DNA from: the human T2T-CHM13v2.0 reference genome, Homo sapiens
Length of the DNA stretch: 64,000 nt
Reading direction: 5' to 3' (one strand)
NCBI RefSeq assembly: GCF_009914755.1
Contig: NC_060940.1
Below the pieces are notes generated by a model. That model made no database searches and had not been told where the DNA came from. It was given only the letters and a program-made list of their open reading frames with translations. Below are positions 32,453 to 53,280 of this stretch, piece after piece. Position 1 is the stretch's first letter; the number at the start of each line of letters is the position of its first letter. Both the position numbers and the translations under genes were made by a program.

Positions 32453-33588
32453 CCCCTCCAGGTTTAGCTGTGGGATGTTTGGGCTTTGAAAGGAGCTGAT
32501 CTGACGGAGCCAGGAGGGCTGGCTGCAGGACAGAGACAGGACGGCTGTCACAGCAGCCTCTGCCCCCAGCCGGTGCCCTGTCCTCGCCGTCTCTGTCCAG
32601 GAGGTCAGAGCAGTAGCACCCGCCCCGCCCCGTCCACCCTGTGGATCCTCAGCCCATCCGCCACCCCGCCCCGCCCCGCTCCGCCCCATCCACCCTGTGG
32701 CAGAGGCTTTTCATGGCAGCTCCGAGAACAGGAGGACAGTCACCTCCAGCATTTGCTCTGAGTCTGTTCCCTGGCGAGGTGAGGCCCCAGCTGTTTTAGC
32801 GCTCATAAAAATTTACGGCCATCACAAGGGAGCTCAGCTGGGTGGATCACGGTGTCGGGGCGGCACCCCTGTGAGCTACCTTTTGTGAGCCGCTCCGGAC
32901 ACTTTGGCTCCGGGCTGGCATCTCCTGCCACCCTCACGAGAGCAGTGGCTGCAGCCCCCGCCTCTTGGGCTGGCCCTGTCATGGCAGCAAGGGCTCTGCG
33001 TGTGGACGGCCGCCCCCTGCAAGTGTGCTTGTTAACGGGGACTGTGAGGAACTGTGGGGGACTCAGGGCACGGGGAACCGGGGTCGGGCTGAACATTACT
33101 CCCTACTCTGAAAGGACAGCGTTGGGACAATGTGGCCAGGCTGCGTGAGGCTGAGTGGGGCAGCATGGCCAGGAGGGGCGAGGGGAGGGGGTGCGAGGCA
33201 GGAGGCTGGAAGTAGGGAGAAGGGGTGTTCCACTCACCATCACCCATCCCACCAATCTCGCTCACAAATCCCTGTAGTCTGCAGTGGCTGCCTCTTTATT
33301 CCTGGAACAGTGGCTTGGGTTGGGGTCTGCGTCTTGGATGGGGGAGAGCAGGGGGCTCATGCCCGGGAGCCCATGGACAAAGGCACCTGCTCCATGGTAG
33401 AGAAGGTTCTGCCCCAGCAAGGGGGCCGTCGAGCGGACAGCCCAGGGCAGCCACATGGGGAGGCTGGGTTGGGGACAGCAGCCCCGGCGCCTCTCCCGGA
33501 GAAGCAGCCTCCCCAAGCTGTGCCTGAGCCGAGGGCACCGTCCAGGTCATCTCAGCCAGAGCCTTGGCCGGGTCTAGGGGAGGGGTCA

Positions 33589-34470
<882 letters not shown>

Positions 34471-34553
34471 TGAGGGATAGTGGCTCGCGGGGCCTGTGTA
34501 CCAGCCTGGTTGTCTTGGCAGAAGTTTGGCATTTTGATACGCCTGATGCTTTC

Positions 34554-34736
34554 CTGTGCCGTCTGCCTCATTCCTCACTCCTTGAGTTTCCTGTGGGCTG
34601 GGGTTGAGGGGGTTCAGCCCAGTCTCCACCCAGCACCCTCAGCCAGCTCGTCTGTGCCGTCTGCCTCATTCCTCACTCCTTGAGTTTCCCGTGGGCTGGG
34701 AGTTCAGCCCACAGTCTCCACCCAGCACCCTCAGCC
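34554..34736. repeat. Imperfect tandem duplication, ~98-bp period
   Basis: CTGTGCCGTCTGCCTCATTCCTCACTCCTTGAGTTTCC...CAGTCTCCACCCAGCACCCTCAGCC starts at 34554 and 34652. Confidence 0.88.
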
Positions 34737-36009
34737 GGCTCCTCTGTTGGGTGCTGTGTCTGCGTCTCTGCATTGTTCCACCGACACCACAGCTGCACTT
34801 GTCCCTGTGATGGGCCCAGGCTGGGCTCCTCTTGCCCTGTGGTCTCCGATTCCTATTACCTGTCACCAAACAGTTCGCCCCCTTGGTGGTCCTTGCCTGA
34901 GTCACCGTGGGTAGCAAAATGGTTTCTTCTAGAACTTTTGTGGCCGTATTATTACAGACTTGTCTTTAGTAGGGGCAAAATCCCATCCTCACGTCCCTCA
35001 CCAAATTAAATGGCTGTCCAGACTCCATGTGGACTGTGACCCTGGGCCTGTGGGACCAGACTGGCCTGGGGAATGGGCATGACTCGTGTTGTGGAGGGAG
35101 GTGGGGAGTGGAAGAGAGGATGCCCTTCCATGTGTGGCCCGCCCTGCCCTGCCCTCCCCACACAAACTCCCTGGTTTCTGCCTGTGCCAAGCCATGAGCC
35201 TCCAGGAGGGCCTGGACTGGGGGAAACCAGTCTGGGGGCTGCAGCCCCCTCAGGCCCAGCTTCAGAGGACCCCACAAAGTGATGGGCCTGAAGGGGAGGG
35301 GGAGGGCATCTGCCTGCTCTGCAGACCCCAGGCCAGGCCAGGGGCTGGGCCAGACACAGGGGCTGCTTCTGGGCATGACCCCCCCGCCCCGACCCCCCGC
35401 CCAAGTGAGGTGGCTGTGTGACCTTCGTGCTGGGCGTTTGTCTGGGACACAGAGCTGTGGCCTCCCCCACTGTGCAGCGATGGCCGACCTGTCTCTTGAG
35501 ACCGTCTGTCCCCTTCTGAGCCCCTGGGAATAGTGGGGTGAGTTACCAGCCACACAGCTGCATGGCTGGACACTTCTCCCCACACCTCAGCCTGAGGCCC
35601 TGTGCTGGAGCACCGAGGATCATCTGGGCGGGAGCTGCCTGCGGCCTGTGGGTGCCTAGCTGTGCATCTCTGGGACCTGGAGGGAAGGATAGCTCAGAAG
35701 GGGCTTTTCAGGGGTGACCATGTAAGGCAAATTAAGGAAAGAGGGTGAACAGGGAACACTCGAAGATGAGAGATGCCTTTTCTCTTTGAGCATGTGTGAG
35801 AACATGCTAGGGTGGTCTGGAAGGTCTGTAATGGGGGTGGTGCTGGGTATTGCCCTATTGGGGGTGCAGCCTCCGCTTCACAGGGCTCTGCACCAACAGG
35901 CCCAGGTCCTCGTGGGGCCTTTGCTTGGGCAGCTATGGGCACAGTAGCCACATGTAGGGGGGCCTCCCCAAATGGAGCCTGCAGGGTTTGCAGTGGTGAG
36001 TCCTCAACC

Positions 36010-38640
<2,631 letters not shown>

Positions 38641-38854
38641 CCTAGAGGGGAGTTGTTTGTGCTTTTGACTTTGTGTTTTGAGCAGCCCTGAGACCAAAGA
38701 TGAGTCTTGACTGAGCGTCTGAGGGGCAGCTGGGCCCCGAGGCTGATGGGAAGAGCCAGACGAGGCCTGGGAAGATGGATCCGTCCCAGTGTGGCCGCGC
38801 GGCTGTCAGGAGGGCACGGGGACTGGGCGCGGCCGTCAGGAAGGTGCGGGGACT

Positions 38855-39260
38855 GGGCTGCTGTAGCAAACTCGGGGGCTTAAAGCAACAGAAACCCACC
38901 CCCACTGTCCTGGAGGCCAGAAGTCTGAGATCAAGGCTTCGGCAGGGCTGTGTTCCCACTGGAGACTCCAGGGGAGGGTCCTCCTGCCCTTTCCAGCTCC
39001 CAGGGGCTTCAGGTGTTCCTCGGCTTGTGGCCACGTTGCTCGTCTCTGCCTCTGACTTCACTTGCCCACGTCCTCTGTCTGTGTTTTCTCCTCGCCTGTC
39101 TCTTAGAAGGACCCCTCCCACTGGATTTAGGGCCCACCGTACTCCAGGACGATCTCGTCTCAAAGCCCTCAACCTACTGATGTCTGTAGAGACCCTTTTC
39201 CAAATACTGTCACGTCCACAGGTTCTGGGGCGAGGACGTGGGTGTCTCTTTTTGGGGTTC
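38855..39260 (-). mobile_element. MLT1 LTR
   Basis: GGCTTAAAGCAACAGAAA...TGGAGGCCAGAAGTCTGAGATCAAGG...TGGATTTAGGGCCCACC...AGACCCTTTTCCAAATA. Confidence 0.8.
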
Positions 39261-42200
39261 CGCATTCTCCTACTATTACGGTCTCTAGGCCTCCGGGCCA
39301 GCCCCTCTGCTGCCTGGGTCTGTGGGTGGCTCCGGCCCCACTCTGGCCCTGCCCAGTTATGGGTGTGCACAGCCCGACCAGAGAAGGGGTACCCCCTGCC
39401 CCCAGTGTGGACCCACAGACCTTGTAGAGGGGGGAGAAGGCAGCTCTCCAGCCCACGGGGGCTTTGCTCTTCTCAGCTCGGGGGTCGTGGGATGGGGAGG
39501 TCAGCAGAGCCGGCAAGTTATTCACAAGGTGCTTGGTGTCTGGTTCCCACCCTGTGGGCCTGAGGACGAAGCAGGGCATGTTCACCGTCACCATCAGGTC
39601 ATTCCCTTACTGCCACCGAGTGGCCGGGGCTGCAACTTGGCGGTGGGGTCCCCATTGCGGTACCGAGAGAGGGCTGAGGGTGCTGGTCACGCACTGCCCT
39701 GTGCTGAGTGGACGTGGCCAGGGCATGTGGACCAGCTGGTTTTCGGCGCTGCCTGCAGGGCGATGGACTCAGCACAGTCCCCACTGTGAACTGGGCACCC
39801 GGGGTTGAGGGGAACGCCCTGGGGGACGCTGGGCGCTTGGGTCTGGGGGACACGGGTTGAGGGGATGCCTGGGAGACCCTGGGCACTCAGGTCAGGGGGA
39901 CGTCCAGGAAACGCTGCCAGCTGTGCTGCCCTGCAGAGTGGGAGGCTGGGTCCATGTGTGGGCACTTTGTTCTGAGCAGCCTGGATCAGAGGCCTGGGCT
40001 CACACTGTCTACACAGCTGTGCTGCCTGAGCCCTGACAGGTGACAGTGATGGGCCAGCTGTCCCTCCAGGGCCCCAGGGAAGGGCGTGGGGAGGCAACCC
40101 CGAGCTGTGGGTTTAACCCTCACCTGCCTGCACCCCTGCTCCCTGTGGAGGGGCAGCCTGGCCTCTCCCGTGTCCCCAGGTGGGGCGCGGTCTCCTTGCC
40201 CTCTCGTTGTTTCCCCCTCCCCCTGCCAACCTGCCCCCAGGGAAGATGAGTCTCATTGACATCCTGCTCCCAGGAGAGCCAGAGGCCCGGCCCCGAAAGG
40301 CAGATGCCTCAAGCCCAGGGACGTGGCGTCCTGGTGTGGTCGGGCTGAGGAGCCCTGGGGGCTGTGTGGCCCCCTCCTTGCTGGAGCTCTGCTTCTGGCT
40401 GAGATCACTGGGCTGGGCTGGGCTGGGGAGGGTCCACCCCGAGGAGGTGTGGAGCCCCTGTGAGGTGGCCACTGCCAGCCCTGGGATAGGAGAAGGGTGA
40501 GGACTCAAGGATGTGTGGATGGGTCCAATCGGCTGCCACCACCTGGAGGCCCCCAGGCTTTGCCGCTACCCCAGAGCCCTCAGGACAACAGAGGCCTCGA
40601 ACGCGTCCTGCCAGCCAGGAGCCTGGTCCCCAGCACCTGGCTCCATGGCCCCCGGAAGGCAGGGGCTCCGTAGTTGTTTGTGGCATGAATACACGGGCCT
40701 CCCACTGTGGGGGCTTCTGGGGGGCCCTGCTGCAGCTCCGCATAGGGGGCTGGGGGCTGCCGTGGACAGCGTCCCCCTAAGGGGGTGGTGGACACTGGGC
40801 GTGGAGGGTCGCGGGGGGCAGGGCAGCCTGAGGATGGTCAGAGTGATGCCCTGGATGAGGTGTCCCCACCCCTGCCCTGGATGAGGTGACCCCACCCCCC
40901 CAGAGGCCGGACCTTCCTCCGAAAGAGGCTTTGAGCTTCAGAAAGAGAGTTGCTCCCCAGGCATCCTGTGGCTGCTGGAAGCTCACGTTTCCCCTTGGGA
41001 AAGAAAAGCCCTGAGCCCCTTTCTCAGGTGGGCATTTGAGGTCTTGGGCCTGGTGGCTCTTGCAGAAGCCAGGCCCAGCAGCAGGGGCTGGAGACGAAAA
41101 GGCTCAGCCAGGCCGCTCCGTGCAGGGGCCGCTCTGTGCAGCGGCTGGTTCAGGGACGTGGCTGGGGTGTGGTCACCTCCGGGGTTAAGAGCAACCGCCG
41201 GGCAGAGGCTCAGCTCCACACGCCTCACTCCTATTTCCAAAATACCTTTCCATTCACACAATTGACAACACTGATGTTAGCAGGAAGTGTCGCACCCGCG
41301 GCTGTGTACTTATGTGTGCTGTCATCTGGTGCGTGCACGTGTTTCCACACAGGTGCTCTGTGTGTCCCCCTGGCCTGAGAGGGGTGTCACCGGCGCCTCT
41401 GTGTCCTGGTGCCCCTAGCCACGCTCCCTCTTCTTCCCTCCCAGGGAACATGGGGCTTCTGTGCCTGGGAAATAGCCACAAACCACGATGCCAGCTCCCG
41501 TCGCTTGGGGATCTTCTCGCAGGTTCCTGCATGGGGCTGCCCAGGCCCTACCTACCAGCCCCCGTTATCCCTCGAACTCTCAGACTCACTTGGACCAGGG
41601 ATGGCAGGATGGGACCAGAGACCTGTCCACTCAGCACCTCAGGCAGGTGAAGGAAAAAAGAACCACTCCTGCTATTGCATTTCGGGAGACTGGTGCCCTC
41701 ACGAGCGTGGGTGGCCTCGGGTGCCCCGACCTGCTGCCGCAGCCTCGAGCCCGGGCAGAGCCTTCCTCCCGGGAGGGGCCTGTGCTTTTCTCGGTGTCCG
41801 CCGCGTCTCGGCCTCCCCAGCGTCCCCATGAGTGTGTGAAGGGGGCGCCCACTGGCTTCTCTCGGGGTGTGGGGCTTGCAGAGGCCCAGCCCAACCTTCA
41901 GCTTTGGGGCCTGAACCTGGACTGCAGGTTCTCACCTGGGCCGTCGGTTTTGACTCTGGGCCACAGGACCTCACCCTGGGCTGGGGAACTCTGGGCTGTG
42001 GGTTCTGACCTGGGCTTCGGGACCTGACCCTGGGCCTCGGGTAGCGCTGCCGCAGGAGGCTGAGGGGGTGGTGGGGCGGTTGACTGAGGAGGGGCCTCCA
42101 CGTGCTCCTCTCGGTTGGACCCGGGTCTGTGGGGCTCCTGGGCCTGCAGGCGCCGCCTCCTACTCCTGCTGGGGCCCCCGTCTCCTGGGCCTGCAGCAAC

Positions 42201-42279
42201 CCAGGGCTGTGTTGTGTCTCCAGGCAACGGTGAGGTGTCCCCTCCCAGCTCTGCGGAAGTGAGTCTCGGTGTCTTGGAG

Positions 42280-42580
42280 ATGTGTTCTCTGGAGGCTCCG
42301 GGTGACGATGCTTCCTGCCCCTTCCGGTTCCCGGCGGCTGGACGCCCCAGGGTGGGTGGATCACTCTGTCTCCGTGTTCACGCAGCCTTGTTCCCTTGCT
42401 GTGTATCATCGTCCCTGGCTTTACGAAGCCGTCACTGGGTCTGGGCCATCCTCAATCCAGGATGACCTGATCTCAAGGCCTTCCCCTTAATCACAACTGC
42501 AGAGACCCTAGTTCCAAATAGGTCCCGTTCTGAGATTCCGGGTGGCCGTGAATTTAGGGAGACAGCATTCAGCCCATTGT
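42280..42580 (-). mobile_element. MLT1 LTR fragment
   Basis: AATCCAGGATGACCTGATCTCAAGG...CTTAATCACAACTGCAGAGACCCTAGTTCCAAATAGGTC. Confidence 0.7.
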
Positions 42581-43360
42581 CCTGGGGTCAAGGCCGACCC
42601 TCAGACCCTCCTCGGGGGAGCTGACACCCAGTGAGGGGACAGACAACAGGAAGGGCAGGACTGGCCACGCCTGCCCCAAAGGCACCGTGGACAGATGGGC
42701 GGGTGGCTGGGGAGGCCCCTGGCTGGGGTGACAGTGACCGAGTGGGGGATGCCCCTGGGCCGGGGGTGCGTTGGCTGGGGCACCCCCTGAGCTGTGTCCT
42801 GTGCACAGCTGTGGGCTGTGCCATCCACCTCCACCAGACAGGGCTGTGAAAGGGCAGGGCAGGCAGACGGGCTGGGGCTGCAGCCTGCAGCTGTGCGGCA
42901 CACAATGGGGCCGGCCCTGGAGGGGACACGGGTCCTGATCTGGCTGATGATGCCGCGTATCTTTTGCATGGAGAAGAACTGTGAGTGTGGACATCGTGTG
43001 GGGAGACGAGGCCACCTGATGGAGAGCCTGGAGCCCGCCCTTTAAGGGAACAAGGCGCTTTTTTCACCCTTTTTTTCATGTGTCTCAGACAGCTGGCTCC
43101 TTAAATATTAATCAGGGTCATTGAGATGCAAATGCGTGCCCACCACAGAAGGCCCCGCAGCTGCAGGGCTGGCACCGAACATCCTGGTGGCCCAGATGCA
43201 GCCCTGACCAGAGCCAGCGGCGAAGACCACCTTCCCTGAGGACAAACGGGCGCCGGCCCCTCGACAGGAGCAAGGGTGGCGTGGGCCTTGCTGGGTCTTG
43301 CTGGGTCTTGCTGGCCGTGGCTTTCCTGGCTTTCACTGCCCTTAAAACGAGGTGTCCTGG

Positions 43361-46428
<3,068 letters not shown>

Positions 46429-47984
46429 TCTGTAATGGATCCCGGTTTCCTGTAAACCCATGTATGTCCCGTGTCTGTAATGCGTCCCGGTTTCCTGTAA
46501 ACCCATGTATGTCCCGTGTCTGTAATGCGTCCCGGTTTCCTGTAACCCGTGTGTGTCCCGTGTCTGTAATGGGTCCTGGTTTCCTGTAAACCCGTGTGTG
46601 TCCCGTGTCTGTAATGGGTCCCGGTTTCCTGTAACCCGTGTGTGTCCCGTGTCTGTAATGTGTCCTGGTTTCCTGTAACCCGTGTGTGTCCCGTGTCTGT
46701 AATGGGTCCTGGTTTCCTGTAAACCCGTGTGTGTCCCGTGTCTGTAATGCGTCCCGGTTTCCTGTAAACCCGTGTGTGTCCCGTGTCTGTAATGGGTCCC
46801 GGTTTCCTGTAACCCGTGTGTGTCCCGTGTCTGTAATGGGTCCTGGTTTCCTGTAAACCGTGTGTTTCCCGTGTCTGTAATGGGTCCTGGTTTCCTGTAA
46901 ACCCGTGTGTGTCCCGTGTCTGTAATGGGTCCTGGTTTCCTGTAAACGTGTGTGTCCCGTGTCTGTAATGGGTCCTGGTTTCCTGTAAAGCTGTGTGTGT
47001 CCCGTGTCTGTAATGTGTCCCGGTTTCCTGTAAACCCGTGTGTGTCCCGTGTCTGTAATGTGTCCCGGTTTCCTGTAACCCGTGTGTGTCCCGTGTCTGT
47101 AATGGGTCCTGGTTTCCTGTAACCCGTGTGTGTCCCGTGTCTGTAATGGGTCCCGGTTTCCTGTAAACCGTGTGTGTCCCGTGTCTGTAATGGGTCCCGG
47201 TTTCCTGTAAACCCGTGTGTGTCCCGTGTCTGTAATGTGTCCCGGTTTCCTGTAACCCGTGTGTGTCCCGTGTCTGTAATGGGTCCCGGTTTCCTGTAAC
47301 CCGTGTGTGTCCCGTGTCTGTAATGGGTCCTGGTTTCCTGTAACCCATGTGTGTCCCGTGTCTGTAATGGGTCCCGGTTTCCTGTAAACCGTGTGTGTCC
47401 CGTGTCTGTAATGGGTCCTGGTTTCCTGTAAACCCGTGTGTGTCCCGTGTCTGTAATGCGTCCCGGTTTCCTGTAACCCGTGTGTGTCCCGTGTCTGTAA
47501 TGGGTCCCGGTTTCCTGTAACCCGTGTGTGTCCCGTGTCTGTAATGGGTCCTGGTTTCCTGTAAACCGTGTGTGTCCCGTGTCTGTAATGGGTCCTGGTT
47601 TCCTGTAAACCCGTGTGTGTCCCGTGTCTGTAATGGGTCCTGGTTTCCTGTAACCCGTGTGTGTCCCGTGTCTGTAATGGGTCCTGGTTTCCTGTAAACC
47701 GTGTGTTTCCCGTGTCTGTAATGGGTCCTGGTTTCCTGTAAACCCGTGTGTGTCCCGTGTCTGTAATGGGTCCTGGTTTCCTGTAAACGTGTGTGTCCCG
47801 TGTCTGTAATGGGTCCTGGTTTCCTGTAAAGCTGTGTGTGTCCCGTGTCTGTAATGTGTCCCGGTTTCCTGTAAACCCGTGTGTGTCCCGTGTCTGTAAT
47901 GTGTCCCGGTTTCCTGTAAACCCATGTGTGTCCCCTGTCTGTAATGGGTCCCGGTTTCCTGTAAACCCCTGTGTGTCCCATGTC
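46429..47984. repeat. 43-45-bp minisatellite, ~35 copies
   Basis: TGTAATGGGTCCCGGTTTCCTGTAAACCCGTGTGTGTCCCGTGTC and 1-2 nt deletion variants. Confidence 0.97.
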
Positions 47985-49239
47985 ATCTGGACAAGGTACC
48001 TCCTCCCAGCGGCCCGGGGTGCTGACCTGGCTCAGTGCCTCTTCTTTCCTTTGCTGAGTGTTCTTTCCTCTTTTTTGTTGTTCAGATGAGAGTCTGTTGA
48101 TGTTCCTCCAGCATGTCCACATGGCTGCGGGTGAAGGGCTTCACAGTAGCCCACCGTGGGCAGGTGTTTAAGGAACAACTTCCAGGTTAGGAAAAAGATG
48201 AGGCAGAGGAGATGGCCCCACCTGCCACCCAAGAGAAAAAGAGGCTCAGGGAGGGGAGGAAAAGATGTTGCGGCCCGCCATCTGTCTGCACACCAACCGT
48301 CAGAGCTGACGGAAGCTTTCGCCAACTTGCTTCCAGCAATGGGCCAACGACAATCAAGGCGGCTATGACGGCCAGTCCAGGGCTGGTTTGAAAGCTGTAA
48401 CAGTTTGGACAGTGTGGTATGACCTGGGCAGGTATAGATCACACTGGGTCAGGTGTAAACCCTAGAACGGTGAGCCACCAACCCAGACTCAGCGGGTCAG
48501 CTGCGGCCCCTGGCCAGGCGGCCCAGGCAAAGTAAGGTGGCCGCAGCCCTGCAGGGAGGGTGGCACTGTCCGCAAACCCTCCCGGTGCCCCGGGTTCCCC
48601 AATGCGCTCAGACCTGGGGGTGGGCACGGAGGCCCCCCAGCCTTCCCCTGCCTAGTGCCTGGGGTGCTTCTTCCCAGCGCCTGGAGGTTTCCATCCCTCC
48701 CGCACACAGCGCTTGGAGCAAGATGGGAGGGAGGTGCCTGCTTGCTGCCTCCTGCTGGTGTGTGGGAGCCCAGGTGAACACTGGGTGGTGCGGAAAGCCA
48801 CCAGCGTGATGTGGGAAGGCCATTTGCTAAGCGCCAGGTGGGCCCGGGTGTGGGCTGGGTGGGCAGCCTGGCTCGCGGCGTAAGGGGCAAGCTATCCAGG
48901 CAGCAGTGGGCTGAGAATTGCCGGCATCACCTGTCATTTGCTCGCGTGGTCCTCAGTGAATCAAAGTTTGCATGTCCGTGACTGCGGCCATCATCAGAGC
49001 TTGTGGGACCACTGGTGGCTCCGTACGGCACTTTCGGGTTAACCAGCATCCAGGTGCACTGAGCCTTGGTCTTAAGCGGCTCCAGCCCCATGCACGCCAC
49101 AGAGAAGGAGTGAAGCGCGTTCCCTGCCCGGCATCCTGAGCCCCACTGGACCTTCTGGCAGGGTGAGGGTCTGGGCCCTGAGGCAGGGAGGCCCAGGGTC
49201 TCAGGACGCTTAAGACACTCTGCTTTGCTTTGCTGTATT

Positions 49240-50785
<1,546 letters not shown>

Positions 50786-51935
50786 TTTGTCGGAAGGTAC
50801 CAGGCCACGTGTGGGACAATTTCTTGGGTCATTCTCATCGGAAGGTACCTGGTTGTTCTCGTTGGAAGGTGCCTGGTTGTTCTTGTCGGAAGACACCTGG
50901 TTGTCCTCGTTGGAAGGTACCTGGCTGCGTGTGGGACGATTTCTTGGGTCGTTGTTGTCAGAAGGTACCTGGTTGCATGTGTGGAATGATTTCTCGGGTT
51001 GTTCTCATCGGAAGGTACCTGGTTGTTCTCATCGGAAGGTACTGGTTGTTCTCGTTGGAAGGTATGTGGCCGTGTGTGGGATGATTTCTCGGGTTGTTCT
51101 CATTGGAAGGTACGTGGCTGCATGTGGGACAATTTCTCGGGTCATTTTCGTCGGAAGGTACCTGGTTGTTCTTGTCGGAAGGTACCTGGTCGTTCTCGTT
51201 GGACGGTACCTGGCCGCGTGGGGGATGATTTCTGTGGTTGTTGTTGTCAGAAGGTACCTGGTTGCATGTGTGGAATGATTTCTCGGGTTGTTCTTGTCGG
51301 AAGGTACCTAGTTCTCGTCGGAAGGTATGTGGCCGTGTGTGGGATGATTTCTCGGGTTGTTGTCATTGGAAGGTACATGGCTGCGTGTGGGATGATTTCT
51401 CGGGTCATTCTCGTCGGAAGGTACCTGGCCGCGTGGGGTACGATTTCTCGGGTTGTTCTCGTCGGATGGTACCTGGCCGCGTGGGGTACGATTTCTCGGG
51501 TTGTTCTCGTCGGATGGTACCTGGCCACGTGTGGGACGATTTCTCAGGCTGTTCTCGTTGGAAGGTACGTGGCTGCGTGTGGGACGATTTCTCGGGCTGT
51601 TCTCGTCAGAGGGTACCTGGCCGCATGCGTGGGACGATTTCTCAGGTTGTTCTCATTGGAAGGTACCTGGCCACGTGTGTGGGACGATTTATTGGGTTGT
51701 TCTCGTCGGATGGTACTTGGCCACATGTGGGACGATTTCTCTGGCCGTTCTCGTCAGAAGGTACCTAGCCGTGTGTAGGACGATTTCTCGGGTTCTTGTC
51801 GGACGGTACCTGGCCGCATGTGGGATGATTTCTCGGGTTGTTCTCATCGGACAGTACCTGGCCGTGTGTGTGGGACGATTTCTCGTGTTGTTCTCATTGG
51901 GCGGTACCTGGCCGCATGTGGGACGATTTCTCGGG
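50786..51935. repeat. Degenerate ~48-bp (with ~24-bp short units) minisatellite
   Basis: GGAAGGTACCTGGCCGCGTGTGGGACGATTTCTCGGGTTGTTCTCGTC and the short form GGAAGGTACCTGGTTGTTCTCGTC. Confidence 0.93.
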
Positions 51936-52974
51936 TGGTTACTGTGCCCCGTTTATCTCTAGGTCTCCATGCTGCTGTGATACTGTTTTGACGAGGGAGC
52001 TTTCTTTTCTGCCACTGTGGGCCAGCTGCTGCCGTCTGTGGTATTCTTGTGTGTTGCTGATCTGAAGCTCCAAAGCTGCCATTCTCCCAAACCTTCCTGC
52101 TCAGATGAGGACCTGGGCAGTCTGAGACCTCCAAGCTGCAGTGAGAATGGCTGAGGGCCTGACCCAGCCAGGGAGGCTGCTCTGGGGACTCCAGGGTGCC
52201 TCTCCCTTCCCCCAGGCCCACAGTTGACCCAGCAGACCCACACTGAGGGCCTGGTGCGGGACTGGGGCAGCTTAGTGTCAGGGCGCAGAGCAGGCCCTGG
52301 AGAGCCAGGGGGTTGCCGTGTGGGCGCTGGCACTGGTTGCTAGTGTAAAGGCCCCACGGCCCTGACCACACAGGGACCCCAGACGTTTGGGGGAGATGGG
52401 CTCAGTGTGGTGAGGCCTTGGGACTATCTGCCAAAGACAGATGAGGTGAGGGGAACCCAGCCTTGGAAGGGTCAGGTGTGACAGACTCTGGGTCTGCAGA
52501 GGGTGCAGGCTCCACTCCAGCCGAGGCTGTCACAACCCGACCTCAGGTCACCTGTCCGCCCCAGGTGAGTGGACGTCTCTGGGAACCTGGATCCAGAGAC
52601 TGGACCCCCACCATTAGGGCTCCTCTGCCTGCCAGCTGAGGGGGTCTCCCTGAGCAGGGCTGGACACTCACGGGTCAGAGCCAAGGGCTCCATGGAGTGG
52701 GCCCTCGAGGCCCCCAGCTGGGTCCAGGGGCCCCCCTATTTTTGTGACCTTGGTGGGGTACCCAGAGGTGGTAGCAGACCTGCCTTCCACAGTGACAGGC
52801 CCCCGAGGCTGGCCGAGATGGGGAGGGCAGATCACACCATGACTCCCACCCCGAGCACCCCTTCAGATGCCCAGGCCTCCGCCCCCAGGGGACTTCCTGA
52901 CCACAGGCATCGGCCTGACACGTGTCGGGGCCACTGGCCCCATTGCCCCACACCGGCAGGTGGGACCCTCCGTC

Positions 52975-53280
52975 ACACAGAACACAGGCAGCCGGGGGCT
53001 GGGCGTCTCGCACAGACTCTGTGGAGAGTTCAGACGTGAGGGAAGAAGCTGACATGCCCGATGGGAGGGCTGAGGCCCGTGATTCCGTTTATATGAAGGG
53101 TCCCGAACAGGGACCCACAGAGGCATGAGATGGATTCCCTGGGGCTAGAGGCTCTGTCTGGAAGATGGAAATGGGCTGGATGGAGGGGAGGTGGATGCAC
53201 GGCCTCGGGAGCGCACTCCACACCACAAACTGTTCGCTTAATGACGGCCCTGGTCCACTTCATGCTGTGTGACTTGACCC
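52975..53280 (+). mobile_element. L1M 3'-end relic
   Basis: GTGATTCCGTTTATATGAAGGGTCC...GAAGATGGAAATG...TTCATGCTGTGTGA. Confidence 0.55.
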
